From assembly GCF_006345805.1 (NCBI RefSeq), contig NC_043011.1:13032464-13096463 (forward strand): 64,000 bases of DNA, in the 5' to 3' direction. Made by a program: the position numbers and the translations under genes. Below the pieces are notes generated by a model. The model was not told where the DNA came from, did not search any database, and worked only from the letters and a program-made list of their open reading frames with translations. Each line of letters opens with the position of its first letter. The first letter of the stretch is position 1. Below, piece after piece: positions 38,595 to 52,310 of this stretch. The DNA is from Octopus sinensis. Lineage: Eukaryota.

Positions 38595-40735
38595 TGTGAG
38601 TGTGTGTTTGTATACATATGCATATATCCTTCTTTGAACTTTCCCTTTTTCGTTCCCGACGAAGAGCTATGTTCGAAATGTCAAAAACACTCTCTTCTCA
38701 CCGATCGTCAAACTAATATGTTCCTTGTACAATTCCTTTTGTTGCCTGTTATTGTTAGTTTTATTGTTTTTTTATTAATTTGACTACATACATACATACA
38801 TACATACATACATACATACATACATACATACATACATACATACATACGTATGTACGTACGTACTAAGTTCCGAACGCAAGATGTGAACTCAGAGCATAAA
38901 AAATGAGATTTGACATTTTTAGCACAAACCAAAAACCAGCAATTTCGTGCCCTTAAACATTGAAAGTGGTTTTCCATTCAACTGCCAGCTGTTATTATTA
39001 ATTAATTTAATCCTAGAAAAGTCTCTAGCCTTTGTAGCTATATTTTTTTCGCTAGAGTAGAAAACATTTAATACATGGAGTTGGTGGGTAATGCCTGCAG
39101 CTCCACCGCAACATAAACTGATGTACGCATCAGCCATCACAATCAAGCAGTAAACTGAACTGGTCTATAGGGCGAGGATGATGAAACTGAATATTCCGAA
39201 TGATTTAATATGTATCCCATGGAGCTACGTTAAGTGAGAGCATGTAGAATAAAGAATACCACCCAGAAAAATAATAAAACACCAGCAGCAGATTTGAACC
39301 TAGTGACCATTGTTCCTCATGCCACCTCACTGGAATTTGTATAACAGTGATGTTAAGTTGGACTTTGGAAAAGTTTTGCATATTTTTACTGTTCTACTTA
39401 CAGACTATATACGTAAAGTGCATATTAGCTAGTCTCTTTTTTAGTTTTTGTTATCACTTAGATATTTACTAACACATCCAAGTTGCCCAGTAATTATTGG
39501 TAAAAATGTAAATTCATAATCAGTGCATAGAGCCTGCAAGTTTGGAGGCAAATATCCGAAAACATGTTTCTAACATACAATTTTGGAAGAGATGTCCACA
39601 TCTACAAGGCAGCTAACATCTGTAACCAAACTTGAGTTTTCTTTTCTGTGCCCAAGAACTCGTATATCAGGCATGTTGTATTTGCAGCTTGTAGAAGTTT
39701 TCGTGCAATTGCTCTGTTCTGCCAATAATCCTCGTGATGGCATATATGAATTCAATGCAGAGATATACATGCATGAATGTTTGTAGTTATGGATGTAGTC
39801 ATGTGTGTGTGTGAGTGTATGTGGAGTGGAGTGTTAGATGCGGCCGACGTCTGGAAGCGGTATTGTCGCTGTTTTGTTTATTTGTGGTTCGATGTTCAAT
39901 CTTAACAGCTGTTAACCTTTACATTTTCACTTGTTAAGAAGATTTATATCATTTAAAAGCGCAATGTGAGAAGGTATCGACAACATAAAAAGGTCGATTA
40001 AATACGTTGTCCAATGAAAGGTGTGTATCAAAAATTATCTTCAATTGAAAATACAACAATGAAATTTGTGTAATAAACTGAGAAATATTAATAATTCTCT
40101 GAAAGTGTTAACATTCAAAAAGAATGGAAGCACACAACCGCAGAATACTTGAAACATTGTCTCAAAAGAAAACCACGCAACTTGTGAGAAGGATATATTC
40201 CATTGTTAATCAGATCAAAGAATTATTCTGTCGTTCGTTAAAGAATTATTTTATTAATCCAGCTGAATGGTTTATTGACATTTATCCTGAAAATGAATCA
40301 TTTCAGAACAGATGTTATTAATAATAGAAATAAATAACTAAGATGATCCTCTCAGCTTTTGCCTGAGCAGTTAATTTATTATAGACTCCTATCACATGTA
40401 ACTTTCGCGTCATCTTAAATAAATTCGATATTTCATAAATTTTTTACTTTGTTTTCTTTCGCATCTTAGTCTCACATTGTTATTAAGAGCTTTAGCATTC
40501 AGATAGTATTATTGAGTTTTTTTCAAAAGACATACTAATGTACAGAAGACTGATCTAATGTTGTGACGTCCATGCTTTTCTTGTGCCTTGGCATAAATTA
40601 AGTAAAAATCGATCCAACTGACAATCGCCTGCGTACTTCAATTCAAAACAACGGCCGTTAACAGATCGTAATTAAAATTCAAATGGAGTGGTATAAGAAA
40701 ATAGAGTACCAGGTAGGTTGTCAATTAGTACTTTG

Positions 40736-41158
40736 GGATCTTTTCGGTTTGAACGGAAGTTTTTTCTAGTGGTGTCATATGAAATTGTCACCCATAATTA
40801 TGACCCTAGTATCGATCTATTGCATTTCAATCTGTTTTAGGGTTAGGGTTAGGTTTAGGGGTGGGGGGAAGGGTATCTTTTTTTCTTCAGAAATGTAAAT
40901 AAACCCAAGCTGTTTCTTAAACGAGGGACATATTCATACGGTACAGAATGTTTTTTACCTTAATAGACGTCATTGATTGGTTGAAATTGCAGAAATTGAA
41001 GAAAGAAAACAACAAATATCTTACAAACTATAGAATTTTCTCAATAAGGCCAAGAGAAAAAGATGTTTTATAAACACATTCTACCAGTATACGAAGTTTA
41101 AAAGTGTTTAGTTACGTGGAAATTATGTTAAAAACTGCCGTTCAAACCGAAAAGATCC
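40736..41158 (+). mobile_element. Telomeric-repeat MITE, copy 6
   Basis: Same TIR, flanked by a 39-bp direct repeat (40697-40735 and 41159-41197). Confidence 0.9.
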
Positions 41159-42284
41159 GAAAATAGAGTACCAGTCAGGTTGTCAATTAGTATTTTGTTC
41201 TATCTCTATCCCAGTACATTTTGCGATCATTGCTATTCTGGTCATTAAAATGTGTACCAATCACGGCTATACTTCTAACATAAAACTTAGCAATCGAGAA
41301 TCAATATCAGCATTTGATATTAATCATTAAGCAGGGCGGCGAGCTGGCAGAATTGTTAGCACACTGCGCGAAATGCATAGTAGCATTTCGTCCGTCTTAA
41401 CTTTCTGAGTTCAAATTCCGCCAAGGTTGACTTCGCCGTTCATCCTCTCGGGGCCGATAAAATAATCACCAGTTGAACACTGGGATGAAGTAACTGACTT
41501 ATCACCATCCCCCTAAATTGCTGGCCTTGTGCCAAAATTTGAAATTAGTATCAATCATTAAGATTGGGACAAGTTGGCAAAAGTGCAACGGGCTTGACTG
41601 AAATATCTTGCACTATTTACGAATTATACGCAACGATCAGTTCTGTTTTTCACCCCTCCACGGTCAGTAAAATGTGTAGGGGGGGCGTGTAATCAATCTA
41701 CTATACTCACCCTCTTCTAAAGTTGGCTTTTTGCCTCTTCGAAAGAAACCATTATTAATATTTCAAGTAAGTGCCTTAGAGAAAGATTTGCTTTCTCCCC
41801 TTTAAAGTTATACAAGGCAACTTTCGTTTCATTTCGAGTTAAAAATATCTCAAAAGCACTGATCCTCCAAATGAAATCATTTGGGGGTTCAGTGAACAAT
41901 TTCATTACAGCCTCGACACAGAAAATTAAATAAATTGGGTGTAAACAAATTGCCTTTAGACATTCAGTTGTAATTACACTGCATTTTGCGCTGTCCTCAC
42001 TGGAAGAACCATTTTATTGGACAAAACCAATATCAATGTACATAGTTACAAAGACTTCATCATAATTCAAAGAGAGAAATCGCAAAATACCAAAAAAAAG
42101 AGACATTACAAATCTAAAGGGCTTCATTAAATGTAACAGTAAATGCAAAATGCTGAATAAGAACAGAAACTAATCTCAGTTTTACATTCGCACACACACA
42201 CACATTTACTCACTCACTCACTCACACAGGCACGCATGCACATGCACATACACACAATATATACATATATATATACATGTATAT

Positions 42285-42317
<33 letters not shown>

Positions 42318-42456
42318 ATTATATATATAATATATATAATGTGGTGTGTTTGTATGTATGTATATATATATCTATATATATATATGGTAGGTCCCCGGTT
42401 GATTCGGGGTTAACCACAGTAAATAAGGTACTCAATACATAGCAGAGTAAAATTAA

Positions 42457-43103
42457 TTTATTATATAGAAGGAGCTTCTACAGGACTAGAACTGTTTCAT
42501 TCAAGAGAAATCTTCAGGAAGCTAGTTTAACAAGAATTGTATTGGCATTTATACATTTAGGCAGGTTTAAAGGGGTGGTGGTGGGGACTTTTTGGGGGTA
42601 GGCATAGCGCAAAAAATCATACTTGGGGAGTGGTCAAGGAGTCAGTGTAAATTAGATAGAAGAATAAATAAAAGAATAAAAAAGGGAGAATAAAAAAAAA
42701 TATATAGAAGAATGGAGTTTTAGGTAAATAAGGAAAATCTCACTTATACCTATACACATATGTATACATATATACACACACTCACACACATATACATACT
42801 CACATACATACACACACACCCATATATATATATATATATATAACACCACACACACACATACATACATACATATATCTACACATATATATATATTCTATAT
42901 ATACATCACATATACATGCATATACATATACACAACACACATGTATATATACACACACACACGACCACACATATACATATACACAAAAAAAATATATACA
43001 TACACACACATACACATACACACATACACACACATATATATCCACATACACATATGCACACACAACACACAAGTCCCTATATACTCATATATACTTATAC
43101 ACA

Positions 43104-43141
<38 letters not shown>

Positions 43142-43587
43142 CATATGTGTACCTATTCATACCTACACATACACACATATATACATACAAATACAAACCC
43201 ATTCCCTAATTTTAATTTTATTATCTTCATTTATTACTTTCGTTATCTTTGACCGCTGGTCACAAGCATCTTGGCTACGACAACTAGTCCCTTTTATCTT
43301 TCTACTTGAGCACAAGCACTCACTCACGCACGCACACTCGTTAGCACGCACACTCACCCATTCGTACACTCATACACATACACGCACGCACGCGTTATAT
43401 TCATACATACATACATCTACATACATACACGTATATACACATACGTACGCGTACCTACAGATTCATGTCTACAATCTTAGAAGACTAGTCTATACATATA
43501 CACCAATAAATAATATACACACATACATATACACCTACCTACATACAAATACATACTACATATATATACACACACATATACATACAC

Positions 43588-43657
<70 letters not shown>

Positions 43658-43824
43658 TATATATACATACATATACAAATTATATACATACACATCCGCA
43701 TACATACATACATACACCCATACATACATACATATATACAAACAACACACACCCACACGTATACATATACATACATATACGCGCATGCATACACATACAA
43801 ATACATACACATACACATATACAT

Positions 43825-43856
<32 letters not shown>

Positions 43857-44263
43857 CTATACTATCTATATACATATATACATACATACATATACACATA
43901 TACATACACACACCACATACATACACATATACACATACACGCACATACACATATACATGCGTACCCATACACACACACACACACACACACACGCATCCAT
44001 ATATACACATAAGTACACACATGCGTAAAAGTATACATATATCTATGCTTACACATACACACACACACACGCACTCCTTATGTTCATACTTACATGCATA
44101 CTCAAAAATAAGTAATAAAATTATATACGTGCAGTTATTCATACATGCATACTCAAAAAATAAATAATAATAATAAATAATAAATATTAAGTATATATAC
44201 GTGCATTTACCTATTATACAGACGGATACATACATATAAACTTACACACACACAACTATATAT

Positions 44264-44318
<55 letters not shown>

Positions 44319-44628
44319 CACACACACACACACATATATATATATCTATATATATATATAATAATATATGTACACATACTTACACATATGTAAATATCAT
44401 ACACACATACATAACTCTACGTACCTACATATACCTAAACACACGAGCGTACACGTATATGTACTATACACTACACATACACATACCCACGCATATATAC
44501 ATACATACACATACATACACGCACATATACACATATATATATATACATATATATACACATATATATATATATACATATACACACATACACACATATATAC
44601 GTACATATACATACACACACATACACAT

Positions 44629-44673
<45 letters not shown>

Positions 44674-45027
44674 TATATATACATATACACATACATACAT
44701 ACACATACATATACATATACACACATACACACACACATATATATACACACACACACACATACATATACATACACACATACACACATATATACACATACAT
44801 ACACATATACACATATATATATTTATATATATATATATACATATACATGTGTGCAAACATACATACATACTCATACACACTCACACACTTACATATACAT
44901 ATATACACACACTTACACACACACATATATATATATATACATACATACATATAATATATATATAATATATACATATATAACACACATGTCTATACCACAT
45001 ACACATATGTACACATACACACATATT

Positions 45028-45064
<37 letters not shown>

Positions 45065-45552
45065 ATATCATACACACACATACATTATATACATATATAC
45101 ATATACATATAATATATATATATATATATACATACATACACACACACATATATATATACCACCACACCTACACATACACACATATATATACATATATACA
45201 TACATATACACACATACACACACCACATATATATGTACATACTACACATACACATACAACATACATATACATATACATATACACATGCACATACGTATAA
45301 CTCTACATACCCACATATACATATATATATATACACACACACACATATATATATATACACACACATATATATACACATATATATATGCACAATACACACA
45401 CATATATATATACCCATCTACAATCTATATATACACACACATATACATGCACATACACAATAACTCTACATACCTACATATACATCGACATACTCGCGTA
45501 CACTCATATATATATATATATACACATACGAGTATTATATATACACTATGAG

Positions 45553-45612
<60 letters not shown>

Positions 45613-45818
45613 TATGTATATGTATATGTGGGTATGTAGAGTTATACGCATGTGCATGTGTATATGCATATGTATATGTATGTGTATGTGTATGTGTATG
45701 TATGTACATATATATGTGTGTGTGTGTGTATGTGTGTATATGTATGTATATATGTATATATATGTGTGTATGTGTAGGTGTGGGTATATATATGTGTGTG
45801 TGTGTATGTATGTATGTA

Positions 45819-45849
<31 letters not shown>

Positions 45850-45866
45850 ATATATGTATGTGTGTG

Positions 45867-45906
<40 letters not shown>

Positions 45907-45984
45907 ATATGTGTTGTATAGACATGTGTGTATATATATGTATATATAATATATATTATATGTTGTATGTATTATGTATATAAT

Positions 45985-46017
<33 letters not shown>

Positions 46018-46275
46018 AAGTGTGTGTATATATGTATATGTAAGTGTGTGAGTGTGTATGAGTATGTATGTATGTTTGCACACATGTATATGTATATATA
46101 ATATATATATATGTGTGTGTATATGTGTATGTATGTGTATATATGTGTGTATGTATGTGTGTATGTATATGTATGTGTGTGTGTGTATATATGTATGTGT
46201 GTGTGTATGTGTGTATATGTATATGTATGTGTATGTATGTATGTGTATATGTATATATATGTATATGTGTGTATA

Positions 46276-46316
<41 letters not shown>

Positions 46317-46485
46317 ATATGTGCGTGTATGTATGTGTATGTATGTATATATGCGTGGGTATGTGTATGTGTATATGTACAATATACGTGTACGCTCCTG
46401 TTTTTAGGTATATGTAGGTACGTAGAGTTATGTATGTGTGTATGTATATGTACATATGTGTAAGTATGTGTACATATAATATATA

Positions 46486-46523
<38 letters not shown>

Positions 46524-46915
46524 AATGTGTATGTATGTGTGTGTGTGTGTGTGTTTGTGTAAGTTTATATGTATGTATCCGTCTGTATAATAGGTAACTG
46601 CACGTATATATACTTAATATTTATTATTTATTATTTATTATTTATTTTTTGAGTATGCATGTATGAATAACTGCACGTATATATATTTTATTACTTATTT
46701 TTTGAGTATGCATGTAAGTATGAACATAAGGAGTGGCGTGTGGGTGTGTGTACGTGTAAACATAGATATATGTATACTTTTACGCATGTGTGTACTTATG
46801 TGTATATATGGATGCGCGTGTGTGTGTGTGTGTATGGGTACGCATGTATATGTGTATGTGCGTGTATGTGTGTGTATATGTGTATATGTATGTATGTATA
46901 TGTATGTATGTGTAT

Positions 46916-46961
<46 letters not shown>

Positions 46962-47126
46962 ATGTATATGTGTATGTGTATGTATTTGTATGTGTATGCA
47001 TGCGCGTATATGTATGTATATGTATACGTGTGGGTGTGTGTATGTGTGTATATATGTATGTATGGGTGTATGTATGTATGTATGTATGCGGATGTGTATG
47101 TATATATATTTGTATATGTATGTATA

Positions 47127-47175
<49 letters not shown>

Positions 47176-47617
47176 ATGTGTATGTATATGTGTGTGTATA
47201 TATATGTATGTATGTATTTGTATGTAGGTGTATATGTATGTGTGTATATATATTTATTGGTGTATATGTATAGACTAGTCTTCTAAGATTGTAGACATGA
47301 ATCTGTAGGTACGCGTACGTATGTGTATATACGTGTATGTATGTAGATGTATGTATGTATGAATATAACGCGTGCGTGCGTGTATGTGTATGAGTGTACG
47401 AATGAGTGAGTGTGCGTGCTAACGAGTGTGCGTGCGTGAGTGAGTGCTTGTGCTCAAGTAGAAAGATAAAAGGGACTAGTTGTCGTAGCCAAGATGCTTG
47501 TGACCAGCGGTCAAAGATAACAAAAGTAATAAATGAAGATAATAAAATTAAAATTAGGAATGGGTTGTATTTGTATGTATAATGTGTGTATGTGTAGGTA
47601 TGAATAGGTACAATATG

Positions 47618-47665
<48 letters not shown>

Positions 47666-47910
47666 ATAATCTATGTGTATAAGTATATATGAGTATATAG
47701 GGACTTGTGTGTGTGGTGCATGTGTGTATGTGGATATATATGTGTGTGCATGTGTGTATGTGTATGTGTGTGTATGTATAAATTTTTTGTGTATATGTGT
47801 ATGTGTGGTCGTGTGTGTGTGTATATATACAATGTGTGTATGTGTATATATACATGTGTGTGTGTGTATGTATATGCATGTATATGTGTATGTGTATGTA
47901 TATATATATA

Positions 47911-47960
<50 letters not shown>

Positions 47961-47975
47961 AGATATATGTATGTA

Positions 47976-48012
<37 letters not shown>

Positions 48013-48371
48013 GGGTGTGTGTGTATGTATGTGAGTATGTATATGTGTGTGAGTGTGTGTATATATGTATACCTATATGTGTATAGGTATAAGTGAGATT
48101 TTCCTTATTTACCTAAAACTCTATTCTTCTATATATTTTTATTCTCCCTTTTTTTATTCTTTTATTTTTCTTCTATCTAATTTACCACTGACTCCTTGAC
48201 CACTCCCCAAGTATGATTTTTTTGCGCTATGCCTACCCCCCAAAAAGTCCCCCACCACCACCCCTTTAAACCTGCCTAAATGTATAAATGCCAATACAAT
48301 TTGTTAACTAGCTTCTGAAGATTTCTCTTGAATGAAACATTCTAGTCCTGTAGAAGCTCCTTCTTAATAAA
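42457..48371. repeat. ~5.9-kb imperfect palindrome of (CA/TA)-microsatellite-rich sequence
   Basis: Unique anchors are mirrored: 42460-42760/48075-48370, 43190-43510/47250-47570, 44000-44240/46560-46810 and 44400-44520/46320-46450. Confidence 0.9.
42473..42523 (-). ncRNA. Type I hammerhead ribozyme motif
   Basis: Minus strand: AGCTTC-CTGAAGA-TTTC(TCTT)GAAT-GAAAC-AG(TTCTAGTC)CT-GTA|GAAGCT. A damaged mirror copy lies at 48310-48358 (+). Confidence 0.75.
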
Positions 48372-48909
48372 AAAAAAATAATATATATATATATTATATA
48401 TATAATACACACACGCACACACACACACCATATATATATATAAATTCAGAGCGCAAACATGACTTTTTTCTTGCACTCTGAATTTTTCCATGGTCTAGGC
48501 TTTTAAAAGGCCCTCAATGTTGGTTTCTTTGTCCTGTTTTTATTTCTTTATGTGTACTGTATTTTTTGCATTTGTATTTTTATTTTGTATTTGTATTTTA
48601 ATTTGTATTTTTATTTGTATTGCTTTTACGTCCTGTTCTTGTCACATTTTTTTCTTTCCTTGCTTTTACCCCACTGCAAAGGAATTTTATTTAATTCTCT
48701 TGCAGGAAGGACTGGTTCGACGGGTCGTGTTCTGTCCTTACCTTCGAAACACGCATGGAGTCGAACCAGGGACAGCCGATGAAGGGGAATATTCCTTGTA
48801 TTGTTTGTCTTGTACTCTGTTTTTCCGTTGTTAAAAAAAGTCCGTTTCCATGTTTGTTTTTATGTTTTCATTTCTCGTTGAGTTCTACGTCTATTTGTGG
48901 TGTCCTGTA

Positions 48910-48985
<76 letters not shown>

Positions 48986-49847
48986 TGTATATATACATGT
49001 AGATGTAGGTATGTACATATATGTATGTATGCATATATTTTATTTATTAAATTATTGTATGACTGAGCGCTCTCGCGTCGTTTCGTTTCTTTTCTTTTCT
49101 CCAAGTAAGTTTATATATATATATATATATATAATATAAGTAAGCTTTGGATAAAAATCTGTGTAGAATGCTATGCAAAGCTTGTCCACAGTTATTGCCA
49201 ACCTGATGTCATCATACAGTGGAAATGTTCCTGCAACTGGATATATACCAGGAATTCCATAGTATCCGTAGAGTTTATATAAATAGAAAATGGAATTAAT
49301 GACGGAGGTGTACTTGCATAGCAAGTGACCCGAAGTGAATCTAACGGATTTTGTGTGTTTCTTAAATGGCTTATAAACATCTTCCACGCTGGAATTAATG
49401 ACATTATTTAAAATCACTACAATTGTTTCGACACATTCTTCCACCTTTAGTACATTGGTGAGATGTGTAATCCTTATCTTACAACCAAGGTGCAAAATGC
49501 GCCTCCTCGTGTGATTGTTTAAATAAGTCCTTCGTTTAGTCCTCTCTTCGTTTCAGTGTGATAATGTATAACCAAAATGATGTGTCATTCCCAGCAGTTT
49601 ACGGACAAAGCTAAGACCATAGACTTAGTGATAAACAAAATACAATTACAATAAAAATACTAAATGCATAAATATTAAAAAAATAGTCGAAAGAAGTCAG
49701 GTTGACTATAAATTACCATTCTGTCTTAATGGTCAGATTATAAAGAAGAAAGTTCTAAACAGAATGAAGAATAAAAGAAAGCACTTAGCGATAATAAAGT
49801 GATATGGAGGTGAAGACTGACCTATTCAGTGCTTAATCAACTGTTCA

Positions 49848-50150
49848 GTGGAGGCACATAGCCTAGTGGTTAGAGCAGCGGACTCGCGGTCGAGGGATCG
49901 CGGGTTCGAATCTCAGAGCGGGCGATATGTGTGTTTATGAGCGAAACACCTAAGCTCCACGCGGCTCCGGCAGAAGGTAATGGCAAAACTTCTGCTGACT
50001 CTTTCGTCACAACTTTCTCTCACTCTTTCCTCCTGCATCTTGCAGCTCACCTGCGACGGACCGGCGTCCTGTCCAGGTGGGGAACCTATACGCCAAGAAA
50101 CCGGGAAACCGGCCCTTATGAGCCAGGCATGGCTCGAGAAGGAACAAATA
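49848..50150 (+). mobile_element. SINE family C', full length
   Basis: A-box TAGCCTAGTGG and B-box GGTTCGAATCT. Flanking repeat ATCAACTGTT (49836-49845 and 50161-50170). Confidence 0.88.
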
Positions 50151-50567
50151 AAACATACATATCAACTGTTTCCTTGTCTCTTTTAAAGATCTAAATTACG
50201 CTTCGTCTATCGTGGAGAGTAATTTAGATCAACATCTCATGGGAAGAATAAAAAATGCCTATCCGTATAATACGTTCTGGTGATCTTGCAATTTCTGTTC
50301 CAAGGAAGCCCTATACATTCTAATGGGCGCAGATAAATTGGTGAACAGGCACTCCGAGAAAGTTATAAGATACAACCACAGACTAGAATGCTCATTTTCG
50401 CAGTTTTGTAAAAATGAATTGACGTTTGAAACGTTATCCTTTCAACATACTCCAATCTTTTCTTCTTTTTTTTATTATATTGAATGTATTTGTCTCAGAT
50501 CTTTAAAGTTAGTTAAATGTATGTTAGAAAAATATATGTGCAAATTATTTAATCGTATCATATTGTA

Positions 50568-51370
50568 CTGCAGGGCAAGCTCGCAGTAAGGTGCGTTCGA
50601 GAAGCTGAGTACTCTGGAGCCCTCTACATCCATCGACGCAAATTCACCAGTGCCATGGATCAGTTAATTTACAGTGCTTTGGAGGCCATAGACTACTCCT
50701 TCAATCAAGCGGATGGCACACGCCAACTTCAACTTCTCAAACACAAATCCAGGCACGATGGGAATAGTCTAACAGAGACAGATATGATGAACAAGGCGGC
50801 GAGCTGGTAGAAGCGTTAGCACGCCGGGCGAAATGCTTAGTGGTATTTCGTCTGCGGTTACGTTCTGAGTTCAAATTCCGCCGAGGTCGACTTTGCCTTT
50901 CATCCTTTCGGGGTCGATTAAATAAGTACCAGTTACGCACTGGGGTCGATATAATCGACTTAATCCGTTTGTCTGTCCTTGTTTGTCCTCTCTGTGTTTA
51001 GCCCCTTGTGGGTAGTAAAGAAATAGATATGATGAACACTGGAAGTTAGAAGGATCATTTCCGTGATTCCGTGACCTTGGCGCTGAAATAACATGACAGT
51101 GCTGGAATTTCCTTCTGGCCTTCATGGCCAAGCGAGTTTTTAGGTCCAGTTCCACTCGCTTCCAATGAGAACAGTGTTAAAAATATAATTAAAAAATTGG
51201 TCAGATCACCTCGTTCAACGAGTTTATCGGGAATGTGATGGCATTTGAAGAAAATCTACTCGAAACGCATGTGCTCTTGTAACTTGTAACCCTAACCCTT
51301 GTAACAGATGTCCCTAACCCTTTTAACTGATATAGAGAAAGGAAAATGACTGCGACAGACTAGAAAGATG
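50568..51370 (+). mobile_element. Decayed RTE LINE fragment, locally duplicated at 53065-53612
   Basis: The two segments are near-identical apart from the SINE inserted in this copy. Confidence 0.7.
50794..51024 (+). mobile_element. SINE family B with a 14-bp TSD
   Basis: TSD AGATATGATGAACA (50780-50793 and 51025-51038). The empty site is present in the duplicate near 53276-53292. Confidence 0.92.
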
Positions 51371-51499
51371 AAAAGCCTTTATAAGGAGAAAATTCCAGGG
51401 ATACAACATCGATACTGCAATATTAATTGTAATATGACTACATGATATGGGACAGAGGGCATAAATCGGAACCTGCTGTATATTCTTTAAGCCAAGTGG

Positions 51500-52310
51500 A
51501 GATCGAAGGCTGCGTGAGGTTGTAATTTAACATCAAGACTTCCATTGTGGAACAACTTAACATGGTTCCTCATGCCATCATCACTGTGAGACTTTCACTT
51601 TCAGGGAGAAATCCCATCACCATTGTCCGTATATCTACTTCAGCTCTGGATTCCAATGAAGATATCAAAAAATATTTCTGAATCTCTGAATTAACTCCAT
51701 TTAATCTCCAGGTACAAAAAATTGTATATAACGGGTGACCTAAAGTGGGAAGAAAATCACCATCTTTGGAAGAATGTACTGGGGAAAGAGGCATTCGACA
51801 ATTTCAACTCAAATGATCTTATGTTGCTGGGTCTTTGTTCTAAGAACAACCTTGTCATCACCAAGACCCTGCTCATACTCAATGAGAAATGCAAAACATC
51901 TTTGATGCCTCCGAGATTGAAATATAGATATCCCATTGGCAATGTTAATGCCAGAGCCACAGGTCAACCACGCCTTCACATTACCAAAGACATGAAAGAC
52001 TCTGATGATTGTTGAAAATATCACCGATTGAGCAAATCAAAAGCCAACAATAAACTGAATTTGAAACCTCGGATCAGATTTCATAATACCTCGCCAAAAA
52101 AATGAACGCAGTACTCCTAAACCCTATAAGCACGTTGAATTTTAGGACTACCTCTGCAGAACTTCAATAATATTCACCTTAAGAAAAGGACAAGAAGGGC
52201 ACAAAAGGAAACTGACAAAAGTTCCAACCGAGTTTCTCAAATTTACCAAAAGACGCCATCGAGACTGGTTTGATGAAAACGATTCTGAAATTACAACTCA
52301 TCAAAGACAA
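51500..52310 (+). mobile_element. RTE LINE AP-endonuclease region remnant
   Basis: ITGDL..WKNVLGK....NSNDLMLLGLCSKNNLVITKT..KTSLMPPR and KRRHRDWFDENDSEI. Confidence 0.75.

Noticed and set aside
42652-48096. Many long ORFs (up to 310 aa) rich in Y/I/H/T or V/C/M
   Set aside because: They are translations of (TA)/(CA)/(TATG) microsatellites, open in several frames on both strands.
49848-49925. tRNA-like sequences (also 11388, 29150-29240 and 63410-63491)
   Set aside because: They are heads of multi-copy SINE-like elements that continue into non-tRNA bodies and lack a proper acceptor stem or terminator.
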